A stretch of 58,849 nucleotides of DNA, the filler included, from an uncultured archaeon (lineage in GTDB: Archaea; Nanobdellota; Nanobdellia; Woesearchaeales; CAIVOO01), in assembly GCA_903842985.1 (NCBI GenBank). It is 5 parts of 5 records of this genome, joined end to end, with 100 filler letters (N's around TTAATTAATTAA, not from the genome) between each part and the next. Parts side by side here need not be neighbours in the genome. Positions count along the whole stretch, not along the records: positions 1 to 7,355 come from CAIMOB010000052.1; positions 7,456 to 9,473 come from CAIMOB010000053.1; positions 9,574 to 38,851 come from CAIMOB010000054.1; 2 more parts are not named here. One strand, 5' to 3'. The position numbers and the translations under genes were made by a program. Below are positions 1 through 10,134 of this stretch, piece by piece. A model generated the notes under the pieces. That model was not told where the DNA came from, did not search any database, and saw only the letters and a program-made list of their open reading frames with translations. The number at the start of each line of letters is the position of its first letter. Position 1 is the first letter of the stretch.

Positions 1-38
1 AACTATTTCACCTGCAGCCCCAATTTGTCCTGGAAGAT

Positions 39-329
39 TTATTTCTGCGGCACAACTAATATCTTCTCTACCTTGAAGGATTTGTAGATGCCTTCGATGA
101 TATCTGTTCCTGCGTAGCCTGCGAGCAGGCTCAGTCTCCTGTCGAAGTTGAAGATGATGCCTGCGAAGACTCCGATGACTGCAGCGATTAGTGCTGTTAA
201 TCCCCAGTAGCTCCAGGATATCCTCCGCTTTGCTGCCATTGCCTTGAGCAGGCCGATGACGCTTCTTGTTATTCCTCCCAGTCCGCCCAATAACCCTGCA
301 AAAAGATAGATATTCACCATATTTATCAT
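39..329 (-). CDS. small 3-TM membrane protein (holin-like topology), function unknown
   Basis: 96-aa ORF with Gly-rich hydrophobic helices (GLLGGLGGITRSVIG; AAVIGVFAG; LLAGYAG); overlaps the upstream gene by 4 nt. Confidence 0.6.
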   Translation of the reverse strand: MINMVNIYLFAGLLGGLGGITRSVIGLLKAMAAKRRISWSYWGLTALIAAVIGVFAGIIFNFDRRLSLLAGYAGTDIIEGIYKSFKVEKILVVPQK

Positions 330-565
330 CCTCCGCTTTTTTCAATTCTCCTTGACTCTTTTGTCGGCGTTGAAAAGTAGTCCTCGAACTCAACCTTCTT
401 CGGCCTGCCTGCCTTTCCCTTTGCCGGCTGCAGCTGCACAAGAAGGCTTTTCCTTATCATGTCGTTTATGAATTCCTGCACGCTCATGTAACTGGCTTCA
501 GCCTTTTGGCTCAGCAGCTCGTAGATTTTCGGGCTGAGCGTCAATAATAGTCTTTTTCCCTGCAT
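326..565 (-). CDS. ribbon-helix-helix-like DNA-binding protein with AT-hook-like GRPKK tail
   Basis: RLLLTLSPKIYELLSQKAEASYMSVQEFINDMIRK fits the CopG/RHH beta-alpha-alpha pattern; ATG at 565 preferred to TTG at 571. Confidence 0.6.
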   Translation of the reverse strand: MQGKRLLLTLSPKIYELLSQKAEASYMSVQEFINDMIRKSLLVQLQPAKGKAGRPKKVEFEDYFSTPTKESRRIEKSGG

Positions 566-567
566 AG

Positions 568-604
568 TCAATCGATATCATGGTGATATCAATTGATATA
601 TAAA
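568..604 (-). promoter_or_regulatory. TATA box (597-604) with a 13-bp inverted repeat (568-596) over the presumed start site
   Basis: TCAATCGATATCA-tgg-TGATATCAATTGA (1 mismatch); TTTATATA on the - strand just upstream. Confidence 0.55.
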
Positions 605-710
605 CCTTGCGGTTTTGAGGAGAGAAACAGCGCTGAAGCGGAAATTGGATTATTTTCGATTTTGGCAGGATTAGCAGAAACAGGGGCTGCAGGCATCTGC
701 TGCTGCAGCG

Positions 711-1046
711 CTAGAACCTGGCTTCAACAGGCACAACTATCTTTGCAGGGATTTCATGCCTTGTATTTTTTGCCTTAAAGATGATTCCCAATGTTATGCT
801 GTTCGGCCTTATGTAAGCATTAAATTCAGCATCTGCGAGATTTTCCAATGTTTTCGCTTCCACGTCAAATTCCTTTAAGAATCTGGTTGCATTTATTATC
901 TCAACCCCCACAACTCTTCCTTTGGTGGAAACATCCAGAATCAAGTCGCCTGCATCAATATTTCCCTTGAATTTCTCATCATTTGAGAATCCATTGTGAA
1001 TAGCAAGTATGTCATTCTCTTTGTCGTATGAAATTGTTTTTGCCAT
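711..1046 (-). CDS. DUF2283-like protein (putative antitoxin)
   Basis: YDKENDILAI...DLILDVSTKGRVVGVEIINA matches the DUF2283 pattern. Confidence 0.75.
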   Translation of the reverse strand: MAKTISYDKENDILAIHNGFSNDEKFKGNIDAGDLILDVSTKGRVVGVEIINATRFLKEFDVEAKTLENLADAEFNAYIRPNSITLGIIFKAKNTRHEIPAKIVVPVEARF

Positions 1047-1047
1047 T

Positions 1048-1374
1048 TTACCTCTTCACCATGCTTTGCCAGGGCCTGTATCTCATAACATATGTAACAA
1101 TATATAAGCTTTTCCCATTGTTTTTATCGAATATAACAGGCACTCTCATTGTTCTTGTGTTGCTGATTTTGAAATGAAGGCAGTGTATTTCGTCGCCGTA
1201 TTTGCCTTTTTCCTCATACGAATAAACCAATTTGTCCGGGTTTAACAGATTATTTATGACATCCTCTCTTCTGCCTTCCCTTAGTGTTAATTGCTGCGTG
1301 AAATGCGGCTCATTAAATTCTATGTCCTCTTCGCCATAGCTTCTAAGCTTTTTCTTCAGTTCTTCAATGTTCAT
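1048..1374 (-). CDS. DUF4258-like / RelE-BrnT-fold putative toxin
   Basis: FNEPHF..L..R N-terminus and C-terminal LYIVT strand; directly upstream of the DUF2283 gene, a common pairing. Confidence 0.55.
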   Translation of the reverse strand: MNIEELKKKLRSYGEEDIEFNEPHFTQQLTLREGRREDVINNLLNPDKLVYSYEEKGKYGDEIHCLHFKISNTRTMRVPVIFDKNNGKSLYIVTYVMRYRPWQSMVKR

Positions 1375-1423
1375 TTTCCTGAAAACTGCGTAGAATCAGC
1401 CAAATATTGCGTTGCAGTTTGAC

Positions 1424-1458
1424 TATATAAGCGCGCGTTGTAGCAATCGCTACAACAC
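1424..1458 (-). promoter_or_regulatory. palindromic operator + TATA element, copy 1
   Basis: GTTGTAGCAATCGCTACAAC (1437-1456) followed on - by TTATATA; 32/35 identical to 34099-34133. Confidence 0.65.
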
Positions 1459-1569
1459 CTTTAAACAGAAGCATTTAAAAACCACCTCGTTTTTCTGTAT
1501 ATAATCAGGAGCTTTACAGCTGTTTGTTTGGCTGCTTCTGGTTAAAACAAACAAAGGAGTAAAAACAAA

Positions 1570-1761
1570 ATGAAAGGAACAGTAAAATTTTTTAACGAAG
1601 GCAAGGGATTTGGATTTATTGCATGCGAAGACGGAAAGGAAGTTTTTGTGCACAAGTCAGCAATAGAAGAAGGCGTGACCCTGCATGAGAATGACGCAGT
1701 TGTCTTTGATGTGGAAGAGGGCGACAGGGGCCTAAAGGCAGTTAATGTAAAGAAAGAGTAA
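1570..1761 (+). CDS. cspA: cold-shock protein
   Basis: [17 protein letters not shown] (RNP1), VFVHKSAI (RNP2); SD AAGGAG upstream. Confidence 0.95.
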   Translation: MKGTVKFFNEGKGFGFIACEDGKEVFVHKSAIEEGVTLHENDAVVFDVEEGDRGLKAVNVKKE

Positions 1762-1780
1762 ATAAAAACTGTCAATAGCT

Positions 1781-1811
1781 ATTTTCTTTTTTTGTATTGA
1801 TTTTTTAATTT
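1781..1811 (+). terminator. oligo-T archaeal-type terminator after csp
   Basis: T-tracts ATTTTCTTTTTTTGTATTGATTTTTT between convergent genes. Confidence 0.4.
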
Positions 1812-2239
1812 TACCAAAGCCTGTAATTAGTATCCGGCTTCTCTTTCCCGTTCGGCGTGAACAGCTTCACAATTATTTCTGCGCCCTCGGGACCGACGCC
1901 CTTCACAGGAGAAATAATATCATAGACGCGCTTCAGCACCTTTTGGTAGCCGTTGCCTGCCTTGATGTTCTCAACCAGCGGAAGGCAATCCTTCATCGCT
2001 TCCTTAAATTCATTTACATCAACGCCTTCGAGCGCTTCGTCAATTGATGAAATCGCCATAAATGCGCCCTGCACAGGAAAGCCTGATTTGACAAGCTGGT
2101 CTGCAATAGAATAATAATCTCTCATTACAATTGGTTTTTCCGGGGGTGTATCTTGCATCTGCTTTCGGGCAAGCCGGCGGAATATAAGGCTTTCGCTTAG
2201 CATCCAAGCAATCAGACTATAATAGTATGCGTCGCACAA
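1811..2239 (-). CDS. hypothetical protein (start uncertain, possibly MQDTPPEK)
   Basis: ORF with plausible helical composition; no recognised motif. Confidence 0.5.
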   Translation of the reverse strand: MCDAYYYSLIAWMLSESLIFRRLARKQMQDTPPEKPIVMRDYYSIADQLVKSGFPVQGAFMAISSIDEALEGVDVNEFKEAMKDCLPLVENIKAGNGYQKVLKRVYDIISPVKGVGPEGAEIIVKLFTPNGKEKPDTNYRLW

Positions 2240-2305
2240 TATTTATATACCACCTTCCCGGTCAGATATCAAAAAGCGGCGTTCTGGGTGTTTTGAAATG
2301 AAACT

Positions 2306-2569
2306 TCATTTCATCTGCAGGCCCATCTTGTCCTGGAAGCTTGAGAAGCCGGCGCCTGCGAAGAACACAGCAAGATAGTCAATTGGATAGGACATTCTCA
2401 ATGCGTAGCCTGCGACGAAGCCAGCTGCAAATGCAGGCGCAAGAGTGATAAAAATTTTCAGCGGGTCAAACTTCAGTTTGGGATTCTTTGCTTTCTTCTT
2501 GACATAGCTCCAGACACCGCGCGAAACAGCGCCAAGCCCTGCAACAACTGCGACAATCAGCTGGTCCAT
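2306..2569 (-). CDS. small 3-TM membrane protein, similar to the 39-329 product
   Basis: AGLGAVSRGV / AGFVAG / FFAGAG pattern; TATA-like TTTATATA upstream. Confidence 0.6.
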   Translation of the reverse strand: MDQLIVAVVAGLGAVSRGVWSYVKKKAKNPKLKFDPLKIFITLAPAFAAGFVAGYALRMSYPIDYLAVFFAGAGFSSFQDKMGLQMK

Positions 2570-2676
2570 TTGTATAATAAAGACTAAATAATATATAAAG
2601 CTTGTCCCCGAAACATTTATAAACCGAAGATTTTACATAGCATATTTATACGGCAGAGATACTAAGAGGTTGTTTG

Positions 2677-5600
2677 ATGAGGAAAATACTGATTTTAAGC
2701 ATATTTCTTTTTGCATCAATGGCATTGCTGTCGGTGAATGTTGTAGCAGTAACGTCTTGCAACGATTTAATTATGACATCAACAGTAATAAATAATGATG
2801 TGTTGGGTTGCACTGGAACTAATGGACTAAATATAGCTGCACCAAATATTGTTCTTGACTGCAATGGAAGTACTATCTCTGATAGTGGGGCTAAAAACTA
2901 CATCGGAATATATAACACAGGAAATGATAATGTAACTGTTAAAAATTGTATCATAAATGGTTTTGATGTCGGCATATATTTTGGTACAGAAAATAACGGC
3001 ACTTTGGCAAACAATGTTATCACAAATTCTTTCAATGCTGGAATCAAGTTAACTGCTGGTGCAAACTTTACTCTTGTTGAAAACAACACCTTGCATGCAC
3101 ATCACTATGGTTTGTACGTTACAGGAGCTTCAGACAATAATACTTTTCTAAACAACATTGCACAAAGCGATAATACGGGCGGTTATGATATAGGTGTCGC
3201 CGTAGAAGGTACAGATGGTAATAAACTGATAAATAATTCAGCAACTAATGTTGACAGAGGAATAAGCCTATTCGATGATACGAATACACTGGTCCAAGGC
3301 AATAATATTTCTGATAATAATTTAGTTAATTCATATGAATCAAATACAGGACTTTACATATATGGAACAACAAATGGTGCTCAAATATTTGATAATAACA
3401 TAATGAATAATCAACAATACGGAGTTTTCTTAGGGACAAGCACATATAATAATTTAATTTATCACAATAATATTTATGGAAATCCTGATTATGGTGTTTA
3501 CTCTCAAATAATTCCTGTTGAACTTTCAAACGGCACTTCAGGAAACTACTGGGGACACACTTCCTGCCCTGTCTTCACAGCAGGCGTAGATTCAAATGAT
3601 GCAACTGTAACTGACAGCAATCCTTATAATGAATCTAATGGCTGGCTTTCACACGGGCCAGGATGCGGTGGCGCTCCTGCACTCAGCTGCGGCGACACAA
3701 TAAATACATCAAAAACACTGGCAGGCAATTTACCCAACTGCACCGGAAACGGCCTGAACATTGCCGCAAATAATATTGTTTTGAATTGTGCAGGGCATTC
3801 CATCAGCGGCGACGGATCAAGCATAGGAATAAATATAAATGGATTATCAAATGTGACTGTCGAGAACTGTGTCTTGAGCAACTGGGGCAACGGGATATAC
3901 CTCGGCGCTGCCTCCACTTTAAATACTATTTTTGGAAATACAGTTACTTCAGGTACGCACGGAATTTCTCTTGATTCCAGCACCAATAATTTAATACAAA
4001 ACAACGTCGTGAATTCGAATACCGCAGGGGATGGATTCGGACTCTATCTCCGTTCAAGCTCCGACAGCAATACTATACTGAATAACACTCTTAATTCAAA
4101 TAACCAGGGAATTTACATTTTCCAGTCTGCTTCCAATGTACTCACAAATAACACTGCCAGTTCAAATGCATATGCCGGATTTTACATAGAAAGCAGCACA
4201 GGCAGCACTTTTAGCGGCAATACTCTCACTTCAAACGTAAATACAGGGTTAGTTCTTTTATCAACTTCCGGCGATACAATATCGCATAATAACATATATG
4301 CCAATTCTTATCTGCAGATTCGTTCAGATTCAGCATTGGAAGCTTCAAATGCCGGCGAAGGAAACTACTGGGGTCGCAGCTGCCCAACACTTTTTGTACC
4401 TGGATCAGACTCCAACAACGTAACTGTAAATGACAGCGATCCCTATGATTCTCCAAATGGCTGGCTTTCAGGACCGCCAACTGTATGTTCTGCTCCTTTA
4501 TTGTGCAATGTTTTTAATGGTGATGAACCCACATGTTCAAGCACTCCTGGATGCACATGGCAGGATGCATGCACAGGCATTGTAAGCTGCGGAACCTTTT
4601 CTGGAAATGAGGGAAACTGCAACACTTACGGATGCTTCTGGAATCCAACCTGCACCGGAGCTCCTAATGATTGTTTAGCTTATTATCATGATGCGACTGG
4701 ATGCGGGAATGCCGGCTGCTCTTATGACGGAGAGAATTGCACCGGAACTCCTAATGATTGTTCAATTTACAGTTCTGACGGAACCACATGCAACTACATG
4801 GGATGTTCTTATACTCCAAGCTGTGATGACCCAAGCAGCAGCAGCTGCTCAGACTGGGATACAGATTTAATCACTTGCGCTGCTGTCGGCTGCACACAGC
4901 AGGACAGCTGCACAGGAACATATGTGCCGCAAAATACTTCAATTTCAATCAATTATCTTGGCGGGGACATCAGCATAAGGCCTAACCGCATATTCAATAT
5001 CACATTAAATGTTTCGTGCTTCGGACCAGATTGTGGAGAAATCAATGTCAGCCTGGACCCTTCTGCTTTGGCTTTTGACGGAGGCGCCGCTGGCCAATAC
5101 AGCAGCACTGATTCAGAGTCCATCTCCATAACCACCAACAATACTGATGACATAATTGTCCTGCTTGCTGCCCAGGAAACAGGAGCCATGCCCTCTGATT
5201 ATCCGGTGGCTGTCTCAAGTGTTTCAGGAGGAGGATTGACCTGGCATAGAAGAGCAGCATCAAATATAACTGGCGATGGTTTTGACCAAAGCAATGAGAT
5301 ATGGTGGGCTTATTCGCCAGGCATATTAACAAGCGAGCTTATCATTGTGAATTTGAGCGGGCAAATAGACGACGGCGCATTGCACATATTTGCGGTTAAT
5401 GGCGCAAACACAGCAGACCCTTTTGATGCAAATCCTTCTTTGCCGTCAATTGTAAACAGCGGGAACATTCCTCAAACAACCATGTCTACTTCAAATTCAA
5501 ATGATTTTATTTTTGCCATGTACGGGTGCCCAACATACCATTCTGCAACGGGAGCAGTTCCTCCGGACATGAATGTGCTCTTATCAATTCAAAATGGCGG

Positions 5601-7355
5601 GGCAACGTACTGGGAGTACGAAGACAGCGAGTATAAGGCAGTTAGCTCAATGCAATCAGGCATTAATGTTGGCTGGGATAATTTTACTGGTCTGGATAGT
5701 AACCCCAGTTATGGCAACTGCTCTTCGAAATTTATAGTGATTGCAGACGCAATTCAAAGTGCTGGGGCTGCGAAGGCAGGATTAATCTCGACAACAATAG
5801 GAGCTATTCCTTTCTGGACAAATGAAAGCAATCCAAGAACAATAGTCCTTAGTGATTCAGAATCAAAATTAGTCACATTCTGGGTAAATGCTTCAATTGC
5901 GCCAGCATCGCCGATAGATTATACTTTCTTTGCCTATGCTAATCTGACTTCAGGCATGTCTGCCGGAGCTGCAACAAACAATTGGACAGTAACTGTTTAT
6001 CCAAGTGTAATGTGCGGGGATGCAATCAACACATCAACAACATTGACTCATGATTTGAACTGCTCATCAGGAGGAAATGGATTGAATGTTGGTGCAAATG
6101 GCATAACTCTTGATTGCAACAGTCATTCTATAGCTGGATCTGGCAGCGGAATCGGCGTAAGGATAATGAACTCATTTTCAGGAGTCACTGTTAAGAATTG
6201 CAATATTTCTTTATTTGGAAACGGGATACTCAGCAACAATGCCCAAGGCAATAATATCCTCAATAACACAATCAGCAATATCACTCAATACGCGATAGGC
6301 ATTAGGCAAGCGACAAATTACACTGTTGCTTACAATGAAATAAGCAACTCTTATGCCGGGGTGCGCATTGTAGCATCTTCCAACTCTGATGTGTACAAAA
6401 ATACCTTTGCTGGAAATACATACGGAATTTCTGAAGCGCAATCAGATAGAACCATCATAGAAAATAATACCATCACTTCTAGTGCTGGCCTCGGAATTTA
6501 TCTGGATGGTCATGTCGCCGCTTCGACGAATACTGTCATTAAAAACAACAACATAAGCCATAATAATTACGGAATTGGTGTTTATGACTGTGATGGGTCA
6601 CAGATTCTGAACAATACAGTCAGCTGGAGCAATTACAGCGGAATTTACATGAAAAGCGACATAATTAAACCCCACTCCAATCATTTGATAAAAGACAATA
6701 CAATAGAATACAATGTGCAGGCAAACAGCACTGATCCTAGCTCAGGTTACAGCGAACCAGCTGGAATAGAAATTGATTCTGAAGACAGTTCTATCATAGA
6801 GAACAACAACATATCATATAATCTTTACTCTGCCATCTCATTATATGCTTATTCATCATCCAACCCATACAGCATGCAAATCCTGTCTAATGATATCATA
6901 GGCAACGGCTTTGGAATATACTCTGTTGACGGAGACGATAACGTTATCAATGGAAATAATCTGATAAACAATTCTTATGGCGGAATAGAGTTTGATAGCG
7001 GATCTGGCAGTAATGTTGTAACAAATAACACCATCAAAGGAGACGGAACCTTTGCAATTGATGCAAATGGAATATATTCACGCATCAACGGAGTTTATTT
7101 CAACGGAAATCATGTTTCAGGCTATCTATACGGCGCATACATGAATGCAATTACAGATTTCACAATGGAAGGCGAGGAATACTACGGCAATAATTGCAGC
7201 ATCTACCTTGATGGTGTTGGCAGTTCAGCAGTAATTGCAGATTCAAACATTCATGATAATTGCGAAGGAATGTATGTTGCTGGGTTCTCAACTCCGGTAA
7301 TAACCGACGACACATTCACAAACAATACCTGCGTCGGATTGCATGCAACAGGCAG
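2677..7355 (+). CDS. very large secreted surface protein with parallel beta-helix (NosD/CASH-like) domains and a Cys-rich repeat block; 3' truncated at gap
   Basis: Signal peptide; many N-x-I-x-N-N / GIYL beta-helix repeats; three 'C-x-D-x-I...L-x-C...GL' domain starts; ORF runs into the Ns. Confidence 0.85.
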
Positions 7356-7455
7356 NNNNNNNNNNNNNNNNNNNNNNNNNNNNNNNNNNNNNNNNNNNNT
7401 TAATTAATTAANNNNNNNNNNNNNNNNNNNNNNNNNNNNNNNNNNNNNNNNNNNN
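7356..7455. other. artificial contig linker
   Basis: N-run + TTAATTAATTAA (stops in six frames) + N-run. Confidence 0.98.
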
Positions 7456-7945
7456 ACGATGCTTCATCATATAAGACCATCCTGACAAGATTAATATTTG
7501 AATTTTTGTTAAGGTAATCAATGATTGTTTTAAATGCCACTTCGGCAGCTTCTTTAACAGGATACCCAAAAATTCCAGTCGATAGTGCTGGAAAAGAAAT
7601 TGTCTTTATACTTTTCTTTTCAGCAACCTCAAGTGATCTTCTATAACAGGAACTGAGCAATACCGGGTCATTTGAAGATCCGCTGTAAACAGGCCCCACC
7701 GTATGTATGACATATTTATTTTGAAGGTTGTGGCCGCCGCTGAGTTTTGCTTCACCGGTAGCACATCCCCCGAGCCTGGAACATTCCTCCCATAAGCCTG
7801 GTCCGGCTGCCCTGTGTATGGCTCCGGCAACACCTCCACCTGATGCAAGCTGTGAGTTAGCAGCATTGACAATTGCATCGGTGTCCTGAGAGGTAATATC
7901 GCCTGTTACAAGCTCAAGTTCTACACCATTGAAAGTGTATTTCAT
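7456..7945 (-). CDS. macro domain protein (O-acetyl-ADP-ribose deacetylase/YmdB-like), 3' truncated
   Basis: GDIT, DAIVNAAN, GGGVAGAIH, VIHTVGP, FPALSTGIFGYP motifs. Confidence 0.93.
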
Positions 7946-8052
7946 ACAGCCTCCTGTCCATGTGGAAAATCACTTAAACATCTATCCCTAATTTGTCTTC
8001 AATGCAATTTGCTGGTATAGTTTTCAGATAAAATCCAAAAGGAGTCAATAAG

Positions 8053-9473
8053 TTGCCAGAAAAAAAAAGAAGACTTTACAAGCTCGAAGAAGATTTTCTC
8101 TTTAGCCTGATTGACAACTCAAGCGACGCCATCATCGCAACCGATATTAAAGGCCTTGTGCTTATTTTCAATGAGGCTGCCCAGGAAATGACAGGCTACG
8201 ATGCAGTGGACCTGATCGACAAACGAGTCTCATTCAGGCGCTTTATGGGACAAGGAGAACAGGAGAGGATTCTTTCTATTCTTAACAAGGGAACAGCTGA
8301 CAATCCTCTTAAGCTTGTCGGAGAGGAAACTACCCTTTATGCAAAAAACGGCTCCCTGATCCCGATTTCACTTTCGGTTTCCTACATCTATAGACATGGT
8401 AATCCCGTTGCAACAATGAATATATTCAGGGATCTGAGACCTATAAAAGTGGTGCAGGACAAGCTCAGAGTTTCTGAAGAAAAATATCGCATGCTTGTCG
8501 AAAAGGCAAATGATGGAATATTTGTCTATCAGGATCATCGTTTCCGGTATGCCAACCCCAAGTTTTATGAAATATTGGGTTATACAGAAGAAGAACTCCT
8601 CAGTATGGGTCTGCGCGATATTGTCCATCCAGAGCTTGCTGACTTTATAGAAGACCGCTACGTCAGGCGCATAAGGGGTGAAAAGGTGCCTGCCCAGTAT
8701 GAGATATCGTTTGTCGGCAAAGATGGCATCTGGCGTGATTTCGAGATAACGCCCGCTGCAATAGAATATGAGGGAAGTATAGCCACGCAGAATATCATTC
8801 GTGATATTACACAGAGAAAACGCATGGAACGCGAGCTTGCCGATACAAGGAAAATGGCCATTCTTGGAGAGATGAGCGCCCATGTCGCCCATGAGGTCAG
8901 AAATCCCCTGCAGAAAATCAAGACAGGCCTTGAGCTGTTGTCATTTTCAAGCTCACTGGACAAAAAGCAGAAAAAAATTCTTGAAGGTGTCAACCAGGGA
9001 ATACAAAATCTGGAACGGTTCGTTACAGAAGTCCTGGATTGGAGCAAATCGGGAAAGCTCAAGCTTAAAGTTTACCATGTCGGGAATATAATCGATGGGC
9101 TCATCTTCAACCATGAGGCCGAATTCAACGAAAGAAACATCATGGTTGAAACAGATTATGACATAAGGGCTGATTCTGTAATAGCAGACGGTATACAGCT
9201 CAGGCAGGCAATAGAAGACATCCTGGACAATGCAATGGATGCAATGCCGGAAGGGGGCATTCTGGCTTTTAAAACACACCTGTTGAAATCACATGACTTT
9301 GAAGTAGGGGGGCGTTTCATAAAGTCTGACGCATTGGAAATCTGCATCGGCGACACAGGACCGGGAATTTCAGAAGAAGAGCTTAAAAAAGTATTCCAGC
9401 CTTTTTTTACTACCAAGAAAAGGGGTACAGGCCTTGGGCTTTCGCTGGTTCAGAAGGTTGTTGAAGCGCATGG
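8053..9473 (+). CDS. PAS-PAS sensor histidine kinase (NtrB-like), 3' truncated
   Basis: Two PAS domains; H-box AHEVRNPL; N-box DNAMDAM; DTGPGI; FQPFFTTK; GTGLGL. Confidence 0.93.
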
Positions 9474-9573
9474 NNNNNNNNNNNNNNNNNNNNNNNNNNN
9501 NNNNNNNNNNNNNNNNNTTAATTAATTAANNNNNNNNNNNNNNNNNNNNNNNNNNNNNNNNNNNNNNNNNNNN
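9474..9573. other. artificial contig linker
   Basis: N-run + TTAATTAATTAA + N-run. Confidence 0.98.
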
Positions 9574-10134
9574 CCTAAAAAAATAGGTCTGCTGACAACT
9601 GCACAGCATCTTAGCCAATTAAAAAAAGCAAAAGAATTTCTTGAAAAAAATGGAAAAGAAGCTGTTTTGGGCGGTCAGGTTCTCGGCTGCAATCAGGAAA
9701 ATGCAGAAAAGATTGCGGCAAAAGTCGATTGTTTTATTTTTATAGGAAGCGGATGCTTCCATCCTTCAGGAGTTTTATTAAAGCTAAACAAGAAAATCAT
9801 TATTGCAAACCCATATTCAGGAGAGGTTTCTGAAATAAGCGAGGCTGATATAGAAAAAACAAAAAAAGTTAAGAAAGGCGCGCTGCTTAGATTCCACAGC
9901 GCAAAAAACATCGGCATTTTAATCTCGACAAAGCCAGGGCAGTATAATCTTGAAGAGGCAGATAGATTAAAGAAAAAATACAATGAAAAGAAATTCTATC
10001 TGTTTGTCGCAGACACATTTGACTTCAACGAGCTTGAGAATTTTCCTTTTATCGAATGCTGGGTAAACACTGCCTGCCCAAGGATTGCAGAAGACCAGAT
10101 TAAAAAACCAATTGTGAATCTGGAGGATTTATGA
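9574..10134 (+). CDS. dph2: diphthamide biosynthesis protein Dph2, 5' truncated
   Basis: Frame open from the contig edge (KIGLLTTAQH); GQVLGC, GSGxFH, STKPGQ, VNTACPRI motifs. Confidence 0.88.
   Translation, partial: PKKIGLLTTAQHLSQLKKAKEFLEKNGKEAVLGGQVLGCNQENAEKIAAKVDCFIFIGSGCFHPSGVLLKLNKKIIIANPYSGEVSEISEADIEKTKKVKKGALLRFHSAKNIGILISTKPGQYNLEEADRLKKKYNEKKFYLFVADTFDFNELENFPFIECWVNTACPRIAEDQIKKPIVNLEDL

Noticed and set aside
7400..7411. Repeated TTAATTAATTAA palindrome (also in the three other gaps)
   Set aside because: Artificial six-frame-stop linker inside N-runs; ORF ends reading LIN or N there are artefacts.
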